Positions 9,013 to 18,230 are shown, counted from the first letter of the stretch. The stretch: 64,000 bases of DNA from Alphaproteobacteria bacterium (GCA_964291285.2 OZ219787.1:768001-832000), one strand, 5' to 3'. The notes: a model not told the origin generated them from the sequence alone. Numbers and translations are program-made.

Positions 9013-9996
9013 ATGCACGCCCAAACCTCCCCCGCATCCGAGATCGCCGCCGCCCTGGCCGCCCAGGCCGAGGCCGTCTGCCGGCATTACCTTCCCGCCG
9101 GCGAGCGCCAGGGCCGCTACTGGATCGCAGGCGACGTCCACGGCGCCCGCGGCAAGTCCCTGTTCGTCCGCCTACACGGCCCCCGGTCCGGCAAATGGAA
9201 CGACGGCGCCACGGGCGACCACGGCGACCTCCTGGACCTCATCAAGCACCGGACCCGGTCCGAGACGCTACGGGAGACCCTGGCCGAGGCGCGCTCGTTT
9301 CTCGCCACGCCCGCTCCCAGCCGCCGGTCCGCTCCGGAACTCGTCGACAAGGACCCCTCCGCCGCCATCGAGCGCCTGTGGCGAGCCTGCCGGCCGATCG
9401 GCGGCACCCACGCAGAGGCATACCTCCACGCACGCGGTATCCGGCGCTGCCGCTTCCCCTCGCTCCGCTTCCATCCGAAGCTCCGCTACCAGGACGAGAA
9501 CTTCACCGGCGCATTCCCCGCCCTCGTGGCCGCAGCAACCGACGCACGCGGCGAGCTCACCGGCCTGCTGCGCACCTGGCTCGATCCGAAAGAGCCGACC
9601 AAGGCGCCGGTCCAGCACCCGCGCAAGGCGCTGGGACGCCTCTTCGGCTCCGCCGTGCGTTTCCCTCCGCGGAGCCCGCGTTCCACGCTCGTGGTCGGGG
9701 AAGGCCTGGAAACCGTTCTCTCCATCATCACGGCCTACCCGGGCGCAGCCGGCGCAGCCGCTCTTTCCGCCGCTGGCGTCGGATCGTTCTCGGCCTCGGC
9801 CGCCAGGCGCGTTGCCATCGCACGCGACAATGACCCCGACGGCATCCAGGCTGCTGACCGCCTGGCCGAGCGCTGCGAGAAAGCCGGCATCGTCTGCCGC
9901 GTTCTCATCCCCCGCGGCAACGACTTCAACGACGACCTGACCGACTACGGGATCCCGTCCCTTCGCTGGCACCTCGGCTCGCCCTGGTCGCGCTGA
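9013..9996 (+). CDS. DUF7146/Toprim primase-like protein
   Basis: AEAVCRHYLP, GDLLDLI, AEAYLHARGI, LRFHP, VGEGLET, DND, DFND motifs typical of alphaproteobacterial plasmid/ICE Toprim proteins. Confidence 0.85.
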   Translation: MHAQTSPASEIAAALAAQAEAVCRHYLPAGERQGRYWIAGDVHGARGKSLFVRLHGPRSGKWNDGATGDHGDLLDLIKHRTRSETLRETLAEARSFLATPAPSRRSAPELVDKDPSAAIERLWRACRPIGGTHAEAYLHARGIRRCRFPSLRFHPKLRYQDENFTGAFPALVAAATDARGELTGLLRTWLDPKEPTKAPVQHPRKALGRLFGSAVRFPPRSPRSTLVVGEGLETVLSIITAYPGAAGAAALSAAGVGSFSASAARRVAIARDNDPDGIQAADRLAERCEKAGIVCRVLIPRGNDFNDDLTDYGIPSLRWHLGSPWSR

Positions 9997-10110
9997 CCCG
10001 CCGGGCCAACCGCGCACTCCGCAACAAGTCCAGAAAAGGCGTTTCCAAGCGGCCCGCGGCATTCGGGGGCCGCACGCCTTCCCTCTCATACTCCCTCCGC
10101 GAGGCCCTTC

Positions 10111-11136
10111 ATGCTCGATCCCGTCAACGTCTCCGCCGACTACTCGCTGAAGCCCAGCGAGCTCGCCGATACGCTCTCGCTCCTGGTCGAAGCCAGGGAA
10201 CCCTGCATGGTCTGGGGCCAGCCCGGAATCGGCAAGTCCGACATCGCCGATGCCGTCGCCACCGCCACCGGCCGCCAGTATATCGATGTCCGCGCCCTTC
10301 TCCTCGATCCCGTCGACCTGCGCGGCATTCCCTGGCGCGACAAGGACGACCGGACGCGCTGGGCCTCGCCCGAGTTCCTGCCGCCCTCCAACGATCCCGG
10401 CCGCTTCCTCATCAATCTCGAGGAGCTGCCCTCCGCCGTGCCGATGGTCCAGGCTGCCCTTTACCAGCTCGTCCTCAACCGCCGCATCGGCGAGTACGAG
10501 CTGCCCCCGGGCGCATCCCTCATCGCCTGCGGCAACCGCGAGAACGACCGCGGCGTCGTCCACCGCATGGTGGCACCGCTCGCCTCGCGCTTCGTCCACC
10601 TCGAGCTCAAGTCCGATCACCAGGACTGGTGCGCATGGGCCGTCGACGCCGGCGTCGCCCCCGAGGTGATCTTCTTCATCTCCTGCCGCCCGGAACTCCT
10701 CAACGACTTCGATCCGACGTCCAGGGAGAAGGCCTTCGCCTGTCCCCGGACCTGGCACAAGGTCTCCAACATCATCAACGAACGCGCCGACCTTGCGCCC
10801 AATATCGAGCGCGCCCTCTTCCGCGGCGCCGTCGGGGAAAGCCCCGCCGTTGTCTTCTCCGCCTTCCTGAAGATCTGGCGCGAGATCCCGCACCCCGCCG
10901 ACGTCATCGCCGACCCCGAGAACGCCGATGTCCCCACCGAAGCCGATGTCCTCGTCTCCCTCTGCGGCGCCCTCTTCAACATGGCCGACGACACCAACTT
11001 CGACGCGATCGTCACCTACGCGATACGGATCCGCCGCGAGATCGGCGAGTTCCTGGTCACCATGTGCCTCAAACGCGACCCGGAGCTTCAGAAGACCAAG
11101 GGCTTCATCCACTGGGCCTCGCACCGCACCCGGTAA
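10111..11136 (+). CDS. MoxR-like AAA+ ATPase
   Basis: Walker A GQPGIGKS, DLRGIP, Walker B INLEEL, ACGN, PLASRF. Confidence 0.88.
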   Translation: MLDPVNVSADYSLKPSELADTLSLLVEAREPCMVWGQPGIGKSDIADAVATATGRQYIDVRALLLDPVDLRGIPWRDKDDRTRWASPEFLPPSNDPGRFLINLEELPSAVPMVQAALYQLVLNRRIGEYELPPGASLIACGNRENDRGVVHRMVAPLASRFVHLELKSDHQDWCAWAVDAGVAPEVIFFISCRPELLNDFDPTSREKAFACPRTWHKVSNIINERADLAPNIERALFRGAVGESPAVVFSAFLKIWREIPHPADVIADPENADVPTEADVLVSLCGALFNMADDTNFDAIVTYAIRIRREIGEFLVTMCLKRDPELQKTKGFIHWASHRTR

Positions 11137-11225
11137 CCCCACATTCAAGCCCTGACCGCCTTCCCGCTGCCACGACCGCAGCAATCCAGACACCGCTCCT
11201 TTCTCCATCTTCCGGGAGACACTTC

Positions 11226-12125
11226 ATGGACCTCACCCGCGACGCCATGCTCGTCAGCCTGCGCATCAACAACTGGTCCGGACGCCGCTACGACCGCGAG
11301 GCCAGCGACGACGTTGCCGTGCGCAACGACGCCGACCCGAGCGCCGGCCGCTACAACAAGCGCCTCCTGCGCAAGGAGGCCTTCGCCGCCATGACCAAAA
11401 CCATGAGCAAGGCCCGGTCCCTGCACTACGAGAACACGCTTCCCTGGGACGACGCCGGATCGCGCCTCCTGACCACCGCCAACTACGACCACTACACCGC
11501 AACCATCGACGAGCTCGCCGAGCAGCTGGTCACCGAGCGCAACTCGTTCATCCACGACTACGACGCCAATATCGCCCAGGCCCGCATCGGACTCGGCGGC
11601 CTCTTCCGGACCGAGGACTACCCGGCCAAGGATTCGCTGCGCCACCGCTTCGCGATCAAGTACCGGATCGTTCCCGTCCCCAATCCTCAGCATTTCCTGG
11701 CGGACCTCACCGCCGGCGATGCGGACCGCATCAAGCGCGATATCGAAGCCCTCGTCCAGGAGCGCCTCCAGGACGCCATCACCGACCTCTACAAGCGCCT
11801 CGGCGAGGCCGTCGACCACGTCGTCAAGCGCCTCGATGTCGATGCCAAAGGAAAGCCGCTCGTCTTCAGGAACAGCCTCATCGGCAATATCCGCGACCTG
11901 GTCGACATCGTGCCCCGCCTGAACATCTTCGGCGACGAACGCCTCGCCCAGCTCTGCCAGCAGGTGAAGGACCGCATCGCCAGCGTCGATCCCGACGAGC
12001 TCCGGCCCTCGGGCTCCTTCAATCCCATAACCCGCGAGCGCGTCAGACGCGATGCCGAGGACCTCGCCGCCAAGTTCGCCGGCTACTTCGCCCCGCCCGG
12101 CGCCGCCCTCAAGGAAGCCGCCTGA
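11226..12125 (+). CDS. DUF3150-like protein of MoxR-vWA loci
   Basis: MLVSLRI..WSGRRYD..GRYNKRLL..TLPWDD..LFRTEDYP pattern; ATG 11226 after GGGAG; lies between AAA and vWA genes. Confidence 0.65.
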   Translation: MDLTRDAMLVSLRINNWSGRRYDREASDDVAVRNDADPSAGRYNKRLLRKEAFAAMTKTMSKARSLHYENTLPWDDAGSRLLTTANYDHYTATIDELAEQLVTERNSFIHDYDANIAQARIGLGGLFRTEDYPAKDSLRHRFAIKYRIVPVPNPQHFLADLTAGDADRIKRDIEALVQERLQDAITDLYKRLGEAVDHVVKRLDVDAKGKPLVFRNSLIGNIRDLVDIVPRLNIFGDERLAQLCQQVKDRIASVDPDELRPSGSFNPITRERVRRDAEDLAAKFAGYFAPPGAALKEAA

Positions 12126-13447
12126 TGACCTCCCGCGCCATCAAGGACGCCGGGATGCGCCTCAGCAGGTGCGTCACGGCCCTCCTCCAGGACCAGCCCT
12201 TCTTCGGCAACCTCACGCTGCGCCTGCCGCTCCGGCCCGATTTCGACCGGCAGACGATCGCCAGCGACGGCCACGAAATCCGCTTCTCCCCGGCATGGGT
12301 GATCGACACCGAAGCCGACCTGCTCAAGACCGCGCTTGCCCGCATCGTCACCGCCTGCGCGCTCAAGCACCACACCCGCCGGCGCGACCGCGATCCCCAG
12401 ATCTGGCAGCTCGCCTCGCAGCTCGTCACCCATCCCATTCTTGCAGACGCGGGCTTCATCCTTCCCGAAGGCGCCGAGTGCTGGCCCGACTGCAGCGTCG
12501 AGGAAGCCTATGACAGGCTGATCGACGACGGCCCCGGCAACCCGGACCCCAACGCCGATCCCGACAGCCGGCAACCCACCGCCAGCACCGCCGGCGCCGT
12601 ACCCTCCCAGGCCGGTCCGGACGCCGACCCCGACACCGATAGTTCGTCGGACCCCGGCTCCAACGACGAGCAGGCCGAGACTGACAACCAGAACCCGGCT
12701 TCCTCACCACACAACTCCAGCTTCGACCCCTCCGGCACCGGCGAGGTCCTCGACGCCGACATGCGCGCAGCCCCCTCCGACAGGCCGCTCGACCCCGTCA
12801 TCGAAGAGCAGACCTGGGACGAGGCCATGCACAATGCCGCCCAGATCGCCCGAGCCCAGAGCAACCTTCCCGGCCTCGTGCAGCAGACCGTCGACGATGC
12901 CCACCGCAGCACCCTCGACTGGCGCTCGCTCCTTCACCGCTACCTCACCGACGCCTCCAGGTCCGACTATTCCTGGAGCGCACCCAACCGCCGCTTCATC
13001 GACAGCGGCCTCTACCTGCCGTCCATCCGCAGCGAGGGCATCGCCGAGCTTGCCATCATCATCGACACCTCCGCTTCCCTGCCGGCAGCCGTCCTTGACG
13101 AATTCTGGGGCGAAATCCGCGAGATCGCGACCGACATCCGTCCCGCTACGCTCATCCTCCTCCAGGTCGACGCCGTCCTCCAGGACGCCTCGGAATACGC
13201 CGCCTTCGAGCTTCCCGACAGCATCGCCCTGAAGGGCCGCGGCGGCACGGACTTCCGCCCGGGCTTCACCTGGCTCGCAGAACACGGCCGCCAGCCGAGC
13301 TGCTGCATCTACCTCACCGACATGGAGTGCGACAGCTACCCGGACGCCAAGCCGCTCTTCCCTGTCGTGTGGTGCAACTACGGCCCGGTCCCCGGACCCC
13401 AATTCACGGAGCCCTGGGGCGAGCGCATCGACATGCGCTCCGGCTGA
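12125..13447 (+). CDS. DUF2201-type peptidase-like + vWA domain protein (HExxH degenerate)
   Basis: QPFFG, PNRRF..YLPS, MIDAS IIDTSAS, GRGGTDFRP, YLTD. Confidence 0.85.
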   Translation: MTSRAIKDAGMRLSRCVTALLQDQPFFGNLTLRLPLRPDFDRQTIASDGHEIRFSPAWVIDTEADLLKTALARIVTACALKHHTRRRDRDPQIWQLASQLVTHPILADAGFILPEGAECWPDCSVEEAYDRLIDDGPGNPDPNADPDSRQPTASTAGAVPSQAGPDADPDTDSSSDPGSNDEQAETDNQNPASSPHNSSFDPSGTGEVLDADMRAAPSDRPLDPVIEEQTWDEAMHNAAQIARAQSNLPGLVQQTVDDAHRSTLDWRSLLHRYLTDASRSDYSWSAPNRRFIDSGLYLPSIRSEGIAELAIIIDTSASLPAAVLDEFWGEIREIATDIRPATLILLQVDAVLQDASEYAAFELPDSIALKGRGGTDFRPGFTWLAEHGRQPSCCIYLTDMECDSYPDAKPLFPVVWCNYGPVPGPQFTEPWGERIDMRSG

Positions 13448-13685
13448 CCGCCCAGACAAACCGACCCGGGCCTCTGAGTCCCTCTATCCATCGGAAGACG
13501 AGAAAAGCCGTCTTCTCGCGAATCACTTCAAGCCCGATGCCCCGTAACGCGGCTCCCATGTCCTGCACTCTCTAGCCCGAACGAAATCGCATATGCGAAA
13601 CTATCAGGCCATGGGACGGGGACAGGTCCAGGCGCCTGCAAACGCGCAGCGGGTCGCCACCAACTTCCCGACAGGAGGTACCAAC

Positions 13686-14024
13686 ATGAGCAGCGATGCC
13701 ACCCAAGACGGCCGCCCGCCCTGGGCTCCCCGCCCAGTCTCGATCCTGCCCGACATCATCTGGATTCGCGAGCGACCCGACGACTATCTGGTCGACGACG
13801 AACACCTGATCGTCACGTATGAGCCCATGTCCGGCAATCCGGACCAGTTTGTCCGGAAGTCCAGGACGGACCCGCTGGCCACGGCCCTTCAGGAGATCCT
13901 GGACACGGGTGATGCTTCCCTCGCCGGCACCGACCTTTGGCAGCGCTGCCGCACTGCCCTGGACGAGTACCGACAGGCAGAAGCAGCTCGCCGACTTTCG
14001 ACAAGAGGTCCAACGGGTTCCTGA
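13686..14024 (+). CDS. hypothetical protein
   Basis: Strong AGGAGGT RBS before ATG 13686. Confidence 0.55.
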   Translation: MSSDATQDGRPPWAPRPVSILPDIIWIRERPDDYLVDDEHLIVTYEPMSGNPDQFVRKSRTDPLATALQEILDTGDASLAGTDLWQRCRTALDEYRQAEAARRLSTRGPTGS

Positions 14025-14060
14025 TCCGCTTTTTTTCGGAACCTCTCCTTCCTCACCAGC

Positions 14061-14096
14061 AACACGGGCCCCTGCACCGCAGGAGGCCCGTTTTCG
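14061..14096 (+). terminator. hairpin with U-tract (copy 2)
   Basis: AACACGGGCC-CCTGC-acc-GCAGG-a-GGCCCGTTTTCG. Confidence 0.5.
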
Positions 14097-14186
14097 CATC
14101 AGTTTCCAACCCTCAATCACTCCGCGGGAGACCAAAGCCTTCCGCGAACGAGCCCACTCGACCCCAGAACCCCGCGAGGTTGTCCC

Positions 14187-14513
14187 ATGCGTACCGAACA
14201 ATCCCCCGTACCCGACCACGTTGCCAACAGCAACGAGCCGGCCCGCCCGCCGGCCGCCTCCGAACACTGCCTCGACATTCACGAATTCGCGCGCGCCAAC
14301 AACGTCGCCATGGTCCCCGACTGCATCGCGCGCGTCCGGAGAAAAATCAACGCCATCGCGCCTGACGCCCCGCGCTACTCCAGGGCCGGCTGCTACTCCA
14401 GATCCGCACTGGACGCCCTTGACCATCTCGAACGCCTGGTCACCGGACTCCTCAAGGGCGAGAAGCCACCGATTCTGGCCGCCCGCCACCCGTCCGAAGG
14501 CACCAGCCCGTAA
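14187..14513 (+). CDS. hypothetical protein
   Basis: GAGG RBS; stop overlaps the next start (TAATG). Confidence 0.55.
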   Translation: MRTEQSPVPDHVANSNEPARPPAASEHCLDIHEFARANNVAMVPDCIARVRRKINAIAPDAPRYSRAGCYSRSALDALDHLERLVTGLLKGEKPPILAARHPSEGTSP

Positions 14514-14848
14514 TGACCGGCAACATCGCGCCGCCCCGCGAGGGCGAAGACTCGCCCTGGGGCGTCATCGAGGTCGCCGAGCCGATCGCCGACGGTATCG
14601 TCTGCGTTCACACGCCCTCCCATGGCGGCATATGGCTCTCCGCGGCCCGCCTTGCACAGATGTCCCCGGACGAGCGCTCCAGCGATGGCTGGTACGAAGA
14701 GGACTGCGAGGCCGCCTGGCCCCTCCGGCGCTTCCGCGACGAGGTCCTGCACGCCTTCCCGGCCCACAAGCTCGATCCCTACATCGACGCAAACATCTCG
14801 TTCTCAGGCGGCTCCTTCACCAGCATCACCATGAACAGGAAACCCTGA
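14513..14848 (+). CDS. DUF7007-like protein
   Basis: SPWG..A.GI..V.TPSHGG..LS..R...GWYEEDC signature. Confidence 0.75.
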   Translation: MTGNIAPPREGEDSPWGVIEVAEPIADGIVCVHTPSHGGIWLSAARLAQMSPDERSSDGWYEEDCEAAWPLRRFRDEVLHAFPAHKLDPYIDANISFSGGSFTSITMNRKP

Positions 14849-14849
14849 C

Positions 14850-15233
14850 ATGCAGCCACTCACCGAAGAGGACACCGACCGCCAGCTCCTCGACAGCATC
14901 ATCGCCGCCATCGAGGACATGAACTGGACGCACGAAACGCCGCCCGGAGCCATGCGCCGCGTCAATACTATCCTGCACGAACACGAGGACGGTTACCGCG
15001 ACGAAACCCAGTGGAACCGGATTGCGGCCGCCGCCTACCAACGAGCAGAGGAGAAAGCGGAGGAAGACACCCTCGACTACGAGCAACGACCCTGGTTCGT
15101 CTGCTTCGCGCCGCACCAGTGCGCCACGCTGCCGGAAGCGCACGAGAAGGCTGGGCAGATCGCCAGGACGACCGGCCAACCGGAACGCGTCGTCATCTTC
15201 CGCGACACCGTCGACTGGACTACCGGGCCATGA
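14850..15233 (+). CDS. hypothetical protein
   Basis: Tightly packed after the previous gene; AGGA RBS. Confidence 0.6.
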   Translation: MQPLTEEDTDRQLLDSIIAAIEDMNWTHETPPGAMRRVNTILHEHEDGYRDETQWNRIAAAAYQRAEEKAEEDTLDYEQRPWFVCFAPHQCATLPEAHEKAGQIARTTGQPERVVIFRDTVDWTTGP

Positions 15234-15415
15234 CCATGATCGACACCCACAGCGCGTTCCGGTCCGGATTCGCCATCATCCGGCAATCCGCGCCCATGGC
15301 CATCGGCAGGCATGACTGGCGCGTTACGTTCATCCGCCGCGATTACGACTCCCAGCCCCTGGTCGAAGCCGAATACAGGCGCAATGACGGCCGCGAACAC
15401 ACCAGCGTGACGCCC
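15230..15415 (+). pseudogene. 5' part of a gene cut by the IS1-family element end
   Basis: ATGA overlap start; the frame runs into the IS terminus at 15416 and stops at 15433 inside it. Confidence 0.45.
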
Positions 15416-15473
15416 GGTAGTGTCTCACTTTGACTTTACTGGGCGATCACAAGCCAGATGGAGGTTCCCATGG

Positions 15474-15755
15474 CTACTGAATCGTCGGATCGTTACCGAA
15501 CATCTCCTGATGCAGGAGGCTCCCTACGGCTGAAATCAGAAGTTTGCGCATCGTGCGGAGCCGTGCTTTTTCGTCCTCGGACAACGTTGAGGGAAGTGAT
15601 GCTTCGGTCAGGCGTGACAGAAGATCTGCTGCGAGAGTTGCACAGCCACGGATTTGGGCGAGTTCTCGAAGAGCTTGCGCCAACTCGAAGATGAACGCGG
15701 TCTCGGCGGTGCCGTCGTAGGCCATCTCGACGATCTTCCGGGTGTCCTCATCCAC
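15474..15755 (-). CDS. passenger hypothetical protein
   Basis: GTG start overlapping the upstream stop; lower GC. Confidence 0.45.
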   Translation of the reverse strand: MDEDTRKIVEMAYDGTAETAFIFELAQALRELAQIRGCATLAADLLSRLTEASLPSTLSEDEKARLRTMRKLLISAVGSLLHQEMFGNDPTIQ

Positions 15756-15975
15756 GGTAGGTCTCCCTCGTGTTCCGGTGCCGTCGGCAGCGCGGCTCGC
15801 CGTTCACCGTGTGGGTCGCCCTCGCACCGCAGGGCATCTCGCCATACGGGCCTGGGGCCGTGCAGCGCGGGCCGGGGTCCGGCCGCTGCTCCGGCCTCGG
15901 GGCATTGCGTCCAGCGACCATGCCCAGGAGGCCGAGCAGCACCGCGCCGCCCACGATGACGATGAGGGTTGTCAT
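15748..15975 (-). CDS. small membrane-anchored Cys/His protein
   Basis: ATGA overlap with the transposase stop; MTTLIVIVGGAVLLGLLG then C..C..C.RH. Confidence 0.5.
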   Translation of the reverse strand: MTTLIVIVGGAVLLGLLGMVAGRNAPRPEQRPDPGPRCTAPGPYGEMPCGARATHTVNGEPRCRRHRNTRETYRG

Positions 15976-16883
15976 GCGCCGCAGGGATTGTTGCGGGTGC
16001 GGTAGCGTGTCCCCTTCGCCGGACCAGGCTTCTTCGGTGGCGGCGCGGCGGCGTCGATGAGGCCGACGATCCACTCCATGTCGTGCAGGCTCCTGTCCAC
16101 GCCGGCGGCCATGGCGGGCGTCACCCTGAGCGTCTTGTGGACCCGCACGAAGTTGTAGAAGCAGAAGAACAGCGAGCTCATGTGGATATGGTTCTCGACC
16201 TTCTTGGAGAAGGCGTTGGTGAGCCGCGTGAACCGGCGCATCCCCATCCGCATGGTGAGGTTGTGGCGCTCGACGTGTGACGTGCTGATCTTCTCCGGCT
16301 CGGGCCAGCCCTCGACCGTCTTCTTGATGATGCCGACGCACTCCGAAGGCGAGTAGCGTTTGGACGCCTCCTTGCCCGCTTCCAGCACGCCGTAGAGCTT
16401 CACGAGCTGGGCATAGTCCACGTCGCCCCCGAACGCGCCCTCGACGGCTTCCAGATAGGCGGCATGGCCATCCGTGGTCAGTTGCACCCGGTTCACCAGC
16501 CGCGAGCGCAGATCGTCCATGAGGTCGAGGGCAACGTCGGCTTCGCGGGTGCCGAACCGGTAGGACAGGATTATCTTCGAGTCGCTGTCGAGAGCGGTCC
16601 ATGTCCAGAGGTCGCCCGCGCCTGGGGGAGGTTTCAGGGCGAAGGGGACGTTCTTCTTCTTGGCGTAGCAGAAGGCCCATATCTCGTCGCACTGGACGTG
16701 GCGGGCGTGAACCTCCCGGACTGCCTGGTCGTGGTGCATGGCGCAGGCATGGCCCGCGTCCACGAGCAGCTTGGAGACGGTGTTGATCGAGACATCCGCG
16801 ATCCGCGTGATGGCCCGCATCGACACACCCTCGACGAGCATGTGGAGGATGTGAGCGCGCTTGGCGGTTGAGAGCTTGTTCAT
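15972..16883 (-). CDS. IS1-family DDE transposase (single ORF)
   Basis: MNKLS..LVEG.SMRAI.R HTH; QCDEIW, QLTTDG, STSHVERHNLTMR..RFTRLTNAFSKK. Confidence 0.9.
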   Translation of the reverse strand: MNKLSTAKRAHILHMLVEGVSMRAITRIADVSINTVSKLLVDAGHACAMHHDQAVREVHARHVQCDEIWAFCYAKKKNVPFALKPPPGAGDLWTWTALDSDSKIILSYRFGTREADVALDLMDDLRSRLVNRVQLTTDGHAAYLEAVEGAFGGDVDYAQLVKLYGVLEAGKEASKRYSPSECVGIIKKTVEGWPEPEKISTSHVERHNLTMRMGMRRFTRLTNAFSKKVENHIHMSSLFFCFYNFVRVHKTLRVTPAMAAGVDRSLHDMEWIVGLIDAAAPPPKKPGPAKGTRYRTRNNPCGA

Positions 16884-16890
16884 GGCGTTG

Positions 16891-16929
16891 AAGATAAAGG
16901 ACGATTGCACACTGTCAAGCACAATGTCA
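16891..16929 (-). promoter_or_regulatory. sigma70-type promoter of the transposase, likely leaderless mRNA
   Basis: TTGACA (16918-16913), 16 bp, TATCTT (16896-16891), 7 nt to ATG; no RBS. Confidence 0.6.
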
Positions 16930-16937
16930 TTTTATCT

Positions 16938-18230
16938 TTATGCTGCCATGGGGAGCTGGAGCTTGGCCCGCAGATACTCCATCCCCCGGTCGCCCTTCAC
17001 GGCGTTGCAGGCGCCGCAGAGGAGTTGGAGGTTGCTGATGTGGTCGGTCCCGCCCTTGGCCCGCGCAATGATATGGTCCACATGAAAGTGCCGAAGCTCA
17101 AAGTGATGCTGGCAGCCTCGGCAGTATCCCGCCTGTTCGCCGTAAAGGTGACGCTTGTTGTTCGGGTGGTTGTACGGAAGCAGCGGGACTAGGTCCGTGC
17201 GCTCCGGCAGATCGGTGCGGACCGTGCCCTTGAAGAACATGCCCAGCTCGTCACGCATCCGAGTCTGGACAAGCTCGGCAGCCTTCGGGGATATGTCGAT
17301 CCCCACCCATTGCCGCCCCGCGTCTTGTGCCGCAACGCACGTTGTTGCGCAGCCGCAGAACGGGTCGAGGATCATGCCGTCGGCCGGGCATGACGAAAGG
17401 ATGATTCGGCGAAGAAGCGCCAGCGGCTTCTGTGTCGGGTATCCGGTCTCTTCCTTGCCCTTGGTCGTCGGGAACCATCCCCGGCGGCTGGAAAGCTGCA
17501 TGATGTCCGACCAGACCGTCGAGAGCGGCATACCAGGGCTTTCGTCGAGGTATTGGCGGACGATCCCTCCGGCCCGCTGTCGGGTGCGGTAGGGCCTGCC
17601 CTTTTCATCCTTGTGCCGGAACCAGCGCAGATACCTGTCCGTATAGGGCGTGTATTGCCGCGCGTAGAAGTGCTTCCCGTATTCCGAGGCATAGGCCAGA
17701 AGACAGTCATGCACCTTCACGGGCTTCTTGCCGCCGACGCGCCCCCCGGACGGGGTGCCGTAGTTCCACACGATTTCGTTGATGAAGTTCCCGCGCCCGA
17801 AAATTGCGTCCATCACCAGCTTCAGGTAGTGAGACGCGAATTGATTGCAGTGCAGGTAGATGGTGCCGCTCGGCTTCAGCAGGCGGTGCATCTCCAGCAG
17901 CCGCGCCGCCATATAGACCAGATACGCCTTGTCGCTTGCCGTCATGGCGGCGAGCAGAACGCGATACAGGGCCGGGTGCTTCGCCTCGATGAGGTTGATC
18001 CACTCGGCGTCCACGTCCGTCAGCGTCCAGGTATCCTTGAACGCAGCCCCGGCGGCCTTGCTGCCGATGGGCGCGGCGTAGTTGGCTTGCGAGTTGAAAG
18101 GCGGGTCGAGATAGATGAGGTCAACCGAGGCACTGTTCATGCCTCGCATGATGTTCAGATTGTCGCCGGTCCAGACTGTCTGGTTAGCCCAATTCGGACT
18201 CCCTGGGGGGGGGGTACTACGCTTTGGCAT
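16938..18230 (-). CDS. beta-class N6-adenine/N4-cytosine DNA methyltransferase fused to a C-terminal HNH endonuclease
   Basis: GDNL, IYLDPPF, YPTQKP, ILDPFCGCATT; CxxC..DHII..GG..NLQLLCxxCN..KG. Confidence 0.9.
   Translation of the reverse strand: MPKRSTPPPGSPNWANQTVWTGDNLNIMRGMNSASVDLIYLDPPFNSQANYAAPIGSKAAGAAFKDTWTLTDVDAEWINLIEAKHPALYRVLLAAMTASDKAYLVYMAARLLEMHRLLKPSGTIYLHCNQFASHYLKLVMDAIFGRGNFINEIVWNYGTPSGGRVGGKKPVKVHDCLLAYASEYGKHFYARQYTPYTDRYLRWFRHKDEKGRPYRTRQRAGGIVRQYLDESPGMPLSTVWSDIMQLSSRRGWFPTTKGKEETGYPTQKPLALLRRIILSSCPADGMILDPFCGCATTCVAAQDAGRQWVGIDISPKAAELVQTRMRDELGMFFKGTVRTDLPERTDLVPLLPYNHPNNKRHLYGEQAGYCRGCQHHFELRHFHVDHIIARAKGGTDHISNLQLLCGACNAVKGDRGMEYLRAKLQLPMAA

Noticed and set aside
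10629-11225. N-terminal extension of the 498-aa ORF
   Set aside because: Overlaps the AAA gene in another frame; RBS and family-like sequence start at 11226.
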